From positions 1 through 49,023 of the forward strand of contig KE561207.1 of the NCBI GenBank assembly GCA_000442015.1: 49,023 nt of DNA, in the 5' to 3' direction. The stretch is from Rozella allomycis CSF55 (taxonomy: Eukaryota). Shown here piece after piece: positions 21,495-32,226 of this stretch. Position 1 is the stretch's first letter. Each line of letters starts with the position of its first letter. The position numbers and the translations under genes were made by a program. The notes below the pieces were generated by a model, which had not been told where the DNA came from, ran no database searches, and was given only the letters and a program-made list of their open reading frames with translations.

Positions 21495-24400
21495 TTATAG
21501 TTGTTTGAAAATGATTTCAGGTTTAGCGTAATAAGATACAATTGGTGTTGTATCACTAGAAAAGAGTGTTATTTTATGAGGAACATTAACAATTTCTCGT
21601 CTAATCAAGTTTTTCATTAACATATTTTCAATGATATCATTTAATTCAAAGTCAGTTAAGAAATAAGACGTTTTAGATGGCAAATCAGAATGTAAGATTC
21701 CCGGATGCGCCAACAGAACGTCAGCGACTAAACGAACGTACATCAAGTAAATTGGTTCTATTAATTGATTGTCGAGAGAGAAATAAGCACGAGGAATGAA
21801 GTATGATGAATTTGTTTGAATACTCCATTCATGTAAAAAGGAGGTGTCAATGAATCTATTCGAAATTGGCTCACAAATTTTCTGAGACTAAAAAGTGGTT
21901 GAATGAAATTTAGATAAAAAGATTGAATAGAGATATTTGAAATTTCAGGAATTTGATGTTTGAAATGTTCCAAGATGGAATAAAGAGATCTTCCATGAAT
22001 GCCAGATTGATAAATGAAAGAATAAATTTGATTTAAATAGAAATCCATGTTGTCGAGATTGACTGTTTGATTATCAAAGATTGGTTCATTGTAGTTTGAA
22101 ATTTTTTCTACGTGAACGATTGAATCCAAAAGTTTTTCACCGTCAGAAAAGACGTAAGAATCTTCAGAAGACTTTTTAAGATTAATGTGCAAATCAAACT
22201 AAAAGTTAATAAACAGAAAAATAGTTACTAGATTGCAAGATAAGCCAGAAATTAAAGTTATTAATTGAAAAGATTCTAAATTTTTTGAAATTGCTGAAAA
22301 ATCTTGATTTGAAGTAAAAGTTGAAATATTTTGAAATAGATCATTTTTTGGAGATTTTAACGTTGAATGAAGAAATCTATTTTTAGAACAAAAATTACGA
22401 AATTTACGATTCAGAAAGCCAAAAATTGTAAAGAGGAAATTTTCTTGAATTTTTTCTTGTTTTGTTTATAATTCCTTTTTCTTTTAAATAATCTAAAGAA
22501 TTTTGTAATAAATTTTTGTCTATTAAGATTAAACTATTTAAAATGATTTCATGATCATAAATTTCTTCAGGGATTAAAAAGACCATTAAAATGAAAGAAC
22601 AGATTTTGTTTCTTGTTAAATCAAAATCAAAATTAATTTCTTTTGAAGCAAAAATAAAACTTTCATTTAAAAGATTTATGAAATTTCTTTTAAAAGTTAA
22701 ATTTTGATTCCAAAATGATCTTGTTAACCCTTTTTCTATTCCATTTAAAACAATAAATTCATCTGTAAGAAAATTAAAATCTTTTCTTGTTTTCAATAAT
22801 TCAATCTTCAATTCAGACATGAAGTTTTCATTCATTAACAATTCAATTATTTCTTTCAATGGTTTATTAATAAATTCTTTTGGAAATAATTCAAATTCTG
22901 AAATTAAAGATTCAAGGGTTTTCTTTTCTATTTCTCTATCTAAAAGTTTTAAAGATCTTTTTCTAACAACTTCAAATGGTTTCATTGTAAAAACTGAAAT
23001 TGCTTCATCTTCAAAATCTTCAATTTTCTTAACCTTCAAAATTGCTAAATAATTCAAAATCATTTCATCTTCTTCTTCACTCCATTCATATCTCTTCCCC
23101 CTAACCTTTTTCTTTATACTCTCAATCTTTTTTTCTTCTCTTCTAATCACAACTTTTGGCTTTTTATTCTTATTCTTCTTTAAAATCATCCCACCCACAA
23201 AATTTGCATAGCCAATTCTATAACAAAAATATCTCACGTGTTTATCTGAAATTTTATACTTCTCACAAATTTCCTAATCTATTTCTGAAATTTCATTCTT
23301 ACTTTTAGATCTATTTTTTCTTCTTTTTCTTTAGCATTCAAACAAATCTCTTTCACTTTCAATGGAATAACTTCTGCATGCCAGTTTCTATGATAATGAA
23401 TGTATTGCAATTCTTTCGGTAAATAATTCAACGGTTTCATTGCTACTTCTCTTCCTTCGTCTTCATTCCTCAACTCACACATTATTTGCATCGATCTACT
23501 CTCCAAATCAACCCAATACATCAATACACTCACAGAATCTTTAACATCAAACACTCTAATTATTTCTTCTCGCTTCAAATTAACTCCATTCACCCTGAAA
23601 TTCATTTCAAATTTAACTCCCCCAACACTTTTAATCACTCCCAATGCTTTCAATATATCAAGACTATTCAGTAATCCTCTAACCATCCTCTGTCTATCAA
23701 CAATCTCTTCAAACTCTGGAAACAACAACACTTCTCTCTCTTCTGGTAACATTTCAAACGTTGTCCCAACTAATTGGCAATAATTCATCAATGTAAACTT
23801 GTTAATTATATCCTGGAGATCAAACTTCTCATCTTTAAAATTATCAAACAAAAAGTTATGCAATATTTTAGCTTTGGGAAATTTAGGAAATACAAATCCA
23901 TTCCTTCTATACATTTCTCTAGTCTCATCATCCAATGTAGACTTTTTTGGTTTATCCAACACTACCTTTTCAACTTGCATATCTCTAATCTCTAAATTTT
24001 TATTAATTGAACTCGAAATAATTGTATTCTTAATCTCATTCAACAACTCTTGCACTTCATTAGATTCAAATGTCAATTCCGGTAAAAATACAAATGTTTT
24101 CGTCAAAGTTGTCCCCAGGATATTCTGAAATGTCACAGTCTCAAATTTCAACAAATTCTCTTCTTGCATCTTTTCTAAACATCTTATAAATGTTCTCTTG
24201 TCCATTTTATATTCATTAGTAAACAATCCAGAAATATCTGATATCGTTTGCTTCTCCCTAACAAAAACTATCTTCTCCTTCAAATACATCAAAATTGCTT
24301 CCTTTCTAACTTCAAATATATCCCTCTTTGCAACTTGAATCGGTGACATTGTTCTAGATTCAGGTGGAGTCATCACTACATTTTCCACAGGTTCACTTTC

Positions 24401-25567
24401 AACGTGGAATCTATACTCATTGTCGTCAGCAACTTTGGTCATTTCCAATGTATTCTTCAAATACGATTTATCAGCGAAAAACCTAAACTGTTTAACTTTT
24501 CCGTTCATTTCTTGTATCTTTTTTAATCCTTTCATATTGGGAACTTTTCTTTGGAGCCATTTGGGGTTCACTTGCAATTTTTCATTAAGCTCTGACATTG
24601 TCATCCCAGCATCACCAGATTTCAAAAATGTTAGAAAAATTTGAGTCTCTAATGGCATTTTAAGGAATAAGGATTGTTTTCCAGTACTCAATGATCCAGT
24701 ATGATCTTCAGATGTAGCATTACATTCAATTGGTTTGATTTCACTATTCAATAATTTCACGACAAGACAAGGAGTTTTATGGTTTGGAACTTCAACATAA
24801 AATAATTCAATATATTTATGCTTCTCCATTATTCTCAACAACCCCTTCAGTTCACTTGGCTTTTTCTTTCATTCCATAAATATATTCAAATTACCGTTAA
24901 TTTAAATAAATCTCTTCTATACATGGCTTGATCTTTTGCAGATTTCAATGTGTTTATAATTACATCCCACAAGTCTCTATCCGGCACGAAATCAATATTT
25001 GTCAATTCTTCATCAACATAATCCTTCCACACATACAAACTAGTATTTCTTCCCTCTCTCACAACATTATACTTGACACTATTAATATTCAAACCAATTT
25101 CTTACAATAGTTTAGCTTCCACAATCCCATTAATATAATACCCAGACGACCGTGGATCAATTTCAAACTGCTTCAATATATCTAATTGTGACATTCCCTG
25201 CGACCCCGCGCGTGCCACAGCCTCAACTATATTCTGCTGAATAGCATTTAACCCAAGGGAATCGAACTAGCGTCTCTAACTAGGAAATTTTCATACCTGA
25301 AATGTAGCCCTAATAACACTCTCATCAGCCTTCAACCACTGCAAATTACAATCCTATCTTGATCAAATCATTTCTGTTACAAAACTTATCGATGCGCAAA
25401 ATGGGAGAACTTGCTCACACATGTAGATTTTAAATGGCTCATCAGTTATTCCAACTCGACTTAGAGCATCATCCACGGAACACCCTGCTTGCTGGCGAAA
25501 TATAAATCTTACCTGCTTGGCCGTACAGAGATGTTTCATATTCCAACTTGTGGATCAGTTCATCCAT
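21495..25567 (-). CDS. TFIIIC B-block binding subunit (Tfc3/tau138/GTF3C1-like)
   Basis: IVEAVARAGSQGMSQLDILKQFEIDPRSSGYII (B-block domain), KMDKRTFIRCL, NGFVFPKFPKAKILHNFL, LLAHPGI; one frame break near 21850-21900 not resolved. Confidence 0.8.
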
Positions 25568-25679
25568 TTTTCGTGGCTCAGTCACGAAAAAAACGACACA
25601 GTGACTCGTCTATTTTTGCAATAACGTGTCTTTGGCCAGTATTTTATGGGAATAATCAATATAATATAATCAATTTGTA

Positions 25680-25718
25680 NNNNNNNNNNNNNNNNNNNNN
25701 NNNNNNNNNNNNNNNNNN
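25680..25718. other. Assembly gap (39 N)
   Basis: Run of n. Confidence 0.99.
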
Positions 25719-25878
25719 TTATATTCATGTGACGATTGACAATAATGCAAAGTAGAAATTTAGTAAATAACATTTGAATAAACTTTATTTGATTTTTACA
25801 ATAGATAAATTCCAATCCGGGTGATGTTTTTGTTTGGCAAGTGTCAATATTTCTATTTTGGTCTAATTCGCCGTGCAT

Positions 25879-27649
25879 ATGCCAGAATATCAACTGAAAT
25901 CATCATTTAGTTTTCGATTAAAGCGTTCATCAACACGATCTTCTGTAGTACCTGATGAGCTAACTGCCGATTCGAAATTATCATGTTTGGATATCACCGA
26001 CCAAGAAAAATCCCTAGAGTCCGCCCAAGTGAAGCATGTCAAAAATGTTAATATTTTCTCTGCTCGTCCTCCATCGTCTTCTTCGTCCATGATGATGAAT
26101 AGGTTAAAATCAGGCACTCTAAAGTTGAAGCAAAAAATAGTACAGCCGATTGATCAAATGATTGGGGAAATGAGCGAAACTAGCTTGAAAGATACATTTA
26201 AAAATAAATTACATGCATCTACCATATCACTGGGCTTGAAAAAGAAAACCGCAGAAACACACAATAGACAGCCTTTGGTATCAAGTCAAATTTACCAGGT
26301 ATATTATATAATTGAATTATAAAAGACCAAACTCTGGCAAGATTGTATTCCAGACAAGGATATATTACACAATTTGACCAGGGAGGAGATTGGCCGTCAA
26401 GAAGTTATCTTTGAAATTTATCAAAATGAAAAGACGTATCTAGAAGATTTAGATTTTCTTATTGATGTAATTTTAAATTATAAAGTCAAAAGAATTTTTT
26501 GATGCCAATTAACCGCCTACAAATCATCTCGCAAGAAGATATATCAAAACTATTCGCGAATTTGGAAGAAATACGAAGGGTGAATGCAGAAATATTTTCA
26601 GAGATTAAAAAGAGGCAAGAGGAAGATATTATTGTTGATCACATTGGTGATGTGTTTCTCGGAAAAGTAATTCTATTCCAACTATGTTCCAGTTTGAATC
26701 ATTACAGGCATATCAATTCTATTGCCAAAACTTGACACGAGCAAGACTTCAATTCACTGCATTAACGAATAGTGAACCGATATTTAAAAATTTCATTGAG
26801 GTAAACTCTCATTGATATGAGGAATTAATAGGACACAACCAAAAAGAGTCCAAAGAGACAAGACTTTTGGAGCTACCTTGATTTGCCTCGTAGGCATGTT
26901 CAGAGATATCCATTATTGTTAAACGCTTTATTGAAATCTACTCCCATGATTCACTCAGATTATAGCAATGTTAAAGGAGCACATAATTTGGCCGACGAAT
27001 TAGTTTGTTCCTTCGATGACCCGATGTCAGATTCACGCTCTGTTTATTCACAATCGACGTACTCTTTAAAACCTAGTCATTCGAATATGTCGATTTCATC
27101 TTTGGCGAGTCGAACAAGCGAGATGAGTATTGCCATATTTCACGCACAACTAACTAACGTAAACAGACTGTTACACCTACAAAAAATATTTAGCATGAAA
27201 AAGGACAAGGTATTTATACAATGTGACAAAAATAAGGTCTTGACCCCAATATTTCTCAAGTCCAAAGATTTATATCATGAAGGAATCTTATTTGACTATA
27301 AGAAAGGAAAACTGGTGCTTGGGATTTTGACAGATCAAGCATTTGTTTTACTTCGACGCGATTCTGAGTCTAGGTCTGCGCGGGCAGGTGAGTTTAATGA
27401 CTTTAGAAAGTTGTATACGAAACCGATTCCTAAAAACGAATTAGTGATTAAAATAGATGAAAAATCTCCTAGTAATATGCAGTCCCAATTTAAAAAAGAT
27501 GTTTTGATGTTCACGAACGAAAAGAGGGACTCGAAAACAGCAGCACTACAATACAACTTGCAGCCACAGAATGCGACAAATATTAAAGAATGGCTATCAG
27601 TACTGTAGCGTTAACTTATGTCAAGTCAATAAAAATTTCTGGCATTTAA
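25879..27649 (+). CDS. Dbl-homology (DH-PH) RhoGEF
   Basis: EIGRQEVIFEIYQNEKTYLEDL, LFANLEEI, IGDVFL, YQFYCQN, YLDLPRRHVQRYPLLLNALLKSTP; PH-like C-terminus. Stop is at 27608, or at 27649 if a last 26-nt intron is used. Confidence 0.87.
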
Positions 27650-27684
27650 CTTTGAAATTTCCTTTCCCTAAATATATTGTAAAA

Positions 27685-28390
27685 ATGAAACAAACCCTTC
27701 TATATGAAGGAAGAACAATTATTCAACAGATAAAAATAGAGCTAGAAAAATTCTTTGATAATTTTGATAACACTGAGACCTTAGTTGAACTTCAGAACAA
27801 ACTTCACCAGTGGAGAGAGCAAGGTAACCTTCAGTTATACTATTGTTTAAAAGTTGAATCCGCACATCAAATGAAAGTTTCTATTGACGGAAACCTACAA
27901 AAAATCGATGAAATAAAAAAGCAAAGACAAAAAGCCAAAGTTCATTTGATTAGGTTGAAAGAGGAGTTGGAAGAATTTTTGAAAGAAAAAAGAAAAAGGC
28001 TTGAATACATGAAACTAGCATGTGACAGTAAGAATCATAACATGGGTAATAGAAGATCCTCTTGAATTGAACGAATTACTATTTTATGCACAGAAGATTA
28101 GTTCTTCAACTTCAGCACCACATAATTGGGACTCTTCAAAACCTCTCGGTTTATTTAAGCCTCCTAATCCACAAGAAGACATGATGCGCTCAAGTCTGCT
28201 ATTTCGTAATCATTAAAGGATTTTGAAATCAGGAAAGCATACTATAGAAGCCGAAAGTGAGATTGAAAATAAAAAATTCGGGGAATCGTTAGAAACGAAT
28301 AAGATAGGTCAAATAAATATGCCAATGGGCAAGCCATTGCCACAAAGAAAAGAAGAATCTGACGAAGAATTCGATTTTGACAATTTTTAA
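27685..28390 (+). CDS. MED4: Mediator subunit Med4
   Basis: Coiled coil then ELLFYAQKISSSTSAPHNW...FKPPNPQEDMMRSSLL; acidic end EESDEEFDFDNF; 3 short introns. Confidence 0.8.
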
Positions 28391-28412
28391 GGTTGCATAA
28401 AAACATTATTTA

Positions 28413-29081
28413 TTAACGTACACATTCTAAGTCATCAAAATTTGTTTTATATTTATCCTGTGAAAGAGAAAATTCATAGACGTCATCGTGTTCATCAATA
28501 TATTCGTCATAAATTGACTCGCTAGAAAAGCTAGCTTCTTGGACGTATTCTTGTAAATCCAAATGAGAACTCAAGTATGAAGGTGCCATATTTTCTATAT
28601 CCTCGTTCAATGACTCAGAATCTGTGGTCGAGTCAGTAACATGAAAGTCATACTCTGGGTCCATGTCTGCATACATTTCAGAAACATATCTTACAACACC
28701 CTCGTTAAACTCATCATTATATTGAATACTTTCAGGAACGCGAGCACGCCAATTGTCTAATTCGCTTTGAAGTTCGGATTCTTCAATTAAACGTATTAGT
28801 CCGATATATCGATTGAGGTAGCCGCATATATATCCCATTTGATAATCGTAACATGAAAGACAAATCATTGAGTGGTCATAATATGTTATTATACCATTGA
28901 GTTTGTGAATTATAAAGTCGATCAATGGTTGTCTATTTGAGTTTAAAACAGGCTCGCGAAATATCATAAAAAACGTTCTCTTTCCATGATCACTTAATGA
29001 TCCTTGAGCACTTGAGAGGCGGGGAAAGCAGTATAGTACCATAAAAGTTTGTGGCTTGGGATCACGAGTGAAAATTTTCAA
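28413..29081 (-). CDS. Hypothetical protein with acidic C-terminus (first in-frame ATG at 29042)
   Basis: 222-codon uninterrupted ORF; no family recognised. Confidence 0.5.
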   Translation of the reverse strand: MKIFTRDPKPQTFMVLYCFPRLSSAQGSLSDHGKRTFFMIFREPVLNSNRQPLIDFIIHKLNGIITYYDHSMICLSCYDYQMGYICGYLNRYIGLIRLIEESELQSELDNWRARVPESIQYNDEFNEGVVRYVSEMYADMDPEYDFHVTDSTTDSESLNEDIENMAPSYLSSHLDLQEYVQEASFSSESIYDEYIDEHDDVYEFSLSQDKYKTNFDDLECVR

Positions 29082-29305
29082 AAAAAGATCAGTCTATTTT
29101 CTATTTATAGAAAGTAACCTAATATAGAACTTATAAACAATGAGCCAGAGAAAATGATTTGGTGAATCGGTCATTGACACGTCCCGTGAAACATTTAAAT
29201 ATTGCCATTTGTGTACCCTGGTTTGATGAAACTGTACTTGGCGTATTCTTTGAGCGCTCTCCTTATTTTCAATTTTCAAGCAGTTCCTACGTTTGCCCAT
29301 CAAAA

Positions 29306-30988
29306 ATGAAATTACGAAATTTACCTAATCATCATCTAATGACAACAGATTTTGAAACTTTGATCGACGACATTAATAAGAATAGTGGCGACACTGGAGA
29401 TTTGCTTGAGCATTGCATACATGTTGCAAAACTTATAGCCGACCAGATAAGAGACGATGACAAGATGCTTACCAAAGGAGATTCCTGCGAACTTTCGGGG
29501 ATCGCGATGAAAATTACAGAACGAAAGTATTCACAAAATGCATTTTTTATGACTATTCTTGCTATTCAAATGTTTGGAAAGCCTGAAGGTGTTGAAATGG
29601 TGAATATTCCAGTTGAAAATGCGCAATGCCGAAAATTTTGGCCTCGTTATCCATTATTGTTATCGCATATTTCGCAGGTTAAAAATTTATTGAAGAAAAT
29701 GAGGCGACAAATGGAAGAAATTAAGAGCTCAAAGCCACAGAGTTGTCTATTGAAAAACNCTATGACTCAATACTTCATTGAACACCCAGAACCTATGCCA
29801 GTGGAAGTTCCAGAATACGAAGAATTGGAACCCTTCTTTGATTGGATTTGCAATTTGCAAGAGAATCCAGAAAAAGATGTTCAATTCAAAAGAGGTGCCC
29901 TTTTGAAAGGTGGTCATTTGGATATGTGCAAGCAAGTTGTGGGGCCAGCACATTTGTACAAACTTTGCGAAGCGGTAAAGAAAGCCGGAGCGAAAGGATT
30001 TATTGAGCATTACTTGATGGGAAACAACATTGCGTTTGAGTTTCCTGAAAATTTGAATGGCAAAGGTGCTGCTAACGCAACCGATGGAACCAGAGTTGAA
30101 GGTATTAATGCAATGCTTGAAGTTATGAAGCCAGAATACGGTATCAAGACATGGTATTTAGCAGGAAATTGCATTAATTATGAAATACTTGACAAAATGT
30201 GCAGCGTTCTAAGTGATAATGATGTGTGTGAATCTCTTTGGTTAAAAAGAAATCCTTTGGGAAAACAATCAGGTAAATCACTAGGGCGCCTTTTGTCTAA
30301 AAACAAGAAAATTGAAATATTAGATCTGCACAATACGGGAATCGGTGATGAAGGATTAATTATTATGGAAAAGGAATTGTCAGAGAATCCTCCCTATTCA
30401 ACGAAGCTTAAGCATTTGTACTTGGGTGCAAATGGTATAGGTTTAGTAGGAGCCAAAGCATTAAAATCAATATTAAAACATTTTAAGGAAACATTGGAAA
30501 CTTTTATGATTGACATTAACAGATTAGGTGATGAAGGCATTCAAGAATTATCTTCAATTTTAAAAGAATGCAAAAATTTGAAACGTCTGGTTGTTTCTTC
30601 TAATGGGTTTACAGACAAAGGTATGGAAATAATTGAAAATCTTGCATTCGAACTTCCTTTGTTGTATCTTTCTGTTGGATTCTACAAGAGTACAGAAGTC
30701 TTAGGTGAATCGTATAATAAAATTTCTAATGTCAGCCCTATAATCAACATTATTGAAAATCATCCAACAATTCAACTCTTGAATGCTGAAAAGTGCGGAT
30801 TAAGCAAAGAAGAAACCCACCGCATGATTGAAGCCTCGAAAAGGAAAGGCGGCGTTTCCCTTTATGCTTTGCAACAAATCGGCTTTCATATTGAAAATGT
30901 CATAGCTCATGATTCAAATCAATTAAAAATATTTCGCAATGATCCGATTGTAGATCACATATTTAGCATTTACAGAAACAAAATGTGA
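29306..30988 (+). CDS. Ribonuclease-inhibitor-type leucine-rich repeat protein, intronless
   Basis: Repeats TWYLAGNCI, LWLKRNPLG, LDLHNTGIGDEG, LYLGANGIG, INRLGDEG; upstream FKRG...HLDMCKQVVGP. The N at 29759 may hide a gap, so the true start could be 29762. Confidence 0.85.
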   Translation: MKLRNLPNHHLMTTDFETLIDDINKNSGDTGDLLEHCIHVAKLIADQIRDDDKMLTKGDSCELSGIAMKITERKYSQNAFFMTILAIQMFGKPEGVEMVNIPVENAQCRKFWPRYPLLLSHISQVKNLLKKMRRQMEEIKSSKPQSCLLKNXMTQYFIEHPEPMPVEVPEYEELEPFFDWICNLQENPEKDVQFKRGALLKGGHLDMCKQVVGPAHLYKLCEAVKKAGAKGFIEHYLMGNNIAFEFPENLNGKGAANATDGTRVEGINAMLEVMKPEYGIKTWYLAGNCINYEILDKMCSVLSDNDVCESLWLKRNPLGKQSGKSLGRLLSKNKKIEILDLHNTGIGDEGLIIMEKELSENPPYSTKLKHLYLGANGIGLVGAKALKSILKHFKETLETFMIDINRLGDEGIQELSSILKECKNLKRLVVSSNGFTDKGMEIIENLAFELPLLYLSVGFYKSTEVLGESYNKISNVSPIINIIENHPTIQLLNAEKCGLSKEETHRMIEASKRKGGVSLYALQQIGFHIENVIAHDSNQLKIFRNDPIVDHIFSIYRNKM

Positions 30989-31013
30989 GATGTCTACAAT
31001 AAAATTTTCTTTT

Positions 31014-31649
31014 TCAATGGTTTATTAAATCTAGATCAAGAATAGATGGTCTTTTATCATTCTTTCTTTCCAACAGATACTCTTTGGCAGCCTTCATTTC
31101 GGACATGCACTTTTTGATCTCCTTCAAATGTTCTGCCATTTCGGTTGCAACATCAAGAGCCTCTATTCAAAACAATTGATTTGATTACTAATCTAGGATA
31201 TTCTTTAAACTCAGGATTGCTATATATATCAGCGTACAATGGTAATGTATGTTTTGAATCTTCTTTTGGGCCATCGCACAAAGCTTTTTTCAATACAATA
31301 TTATCAATCGAAAACGATAACCATTCGCCTTTCAACTTTTTATAAGTAATTCTTAGCTTAACTTTCTTTCGCCCCACGCCGACAGAGTCCAATTTCTATG
31401 GTAATGCAATATAATATCTCTTACGATACATAAGACATAGTGATTATTCCAATCATAAGGATGTTTAATGGTATCTTCCAAAACGCTAAACTCTAAATCC
31501 ATCCATACTTCACTACTGTCGTAAAGTTGAATTTGAAATTCAGAAATATAATGTGCATCGAATTCCAAATGAAATTCTTTCGTAATCACTAGGTCGTTGC
31601 AGTGGCCATCAAAATTTATGTAGGCAACTTTGGTTTCGTTTAGGGTCAT
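31014..31649 (-). CDS. Possible Nicolin-1 (tubulin polyglutamylase complex subunit)-like protein (3 exons)
   Basis: FDAHYISEFQIQ, KLRITYKKLKGEWLSFSIDNIVL and terminal ILDLDLINH resemble remembered NICN1 motifs (FKNYYTAFLSIR, LRLILRQPSPLWLSFTVEE, YDLNLLSY). Confidence 0.5.
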
Positions 31650-31710
31650 GATCAACGCCACATATTAAAATTGTACAGGAGGTTAAAACTATGGCAAGAA
31701 TTCTTTCGTA

Positions 31711-31782
31711 TCCGTATTGGTCTAGTGGCTAGGATTTTGCGCTCTCACCGCAAAGGCCGGGGTTCGATTCCCCGATACGGAA
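31711..31782 (+). tRNA. tRNA-Glu (anticodon CTC), intronless
   Basis: Acceptor stem TCCGTAT/ATACGGA, D arm GGTCTAGTGGCTAGGATT, anticodon stem TTGCG/CGCAA with loop CTCTCAC, T loop GGTTCGATTCC, T-run terminator downstream. Confidence 0.97.
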
Positions 31783-32226
31783 CTTTCTTATTTTTTGTAA
31801 AGAGTTATTACAGGATTCAGAAAGAGAATGCAATGTTTGAATCTGTGTGTGTGAATCATTTCTGTCTCCGCATTCAAATTCATAGTGATGTTTAATTTAT
31901 GATTTTTATCACTTATTTCATTTTCATGATAAGATTATGATTATATCACAAATTTACAAATCAGAAATGTTTTTACAAATTTATCTGATATTAGTATTTA
32001 GAAGAGTCTGGATGCAAACCTACACTTCTGACATCATAATGACGTAATTAGGCATTTTCCAAAATCTTCTTTAAGAGATCTCGAGATCATAAGTGATACA
32101 ACTTTACAGTAATCTTATTTAATCAAAGAGATCTTTTTGATTTCGAAAATACGGATCCTATCACATCGCATCATGATCATTTCACGCAAGTCCCAAATAG
32201 TGAGGCGCAGCGAGTCCCTTTATAAA

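Noticed and set aside
21840..21900. Programmed frameshift or non-canonical intron in the TFIIIC gene
   Set aside because: A frame change is needed but I found no unique junction, and conservation is too low to choose; a sequencing indel is equally plausible.
31671..31895. 74-aa ORF
   Set aside because: Overlaps the tRNA-Glu gene; spurious.
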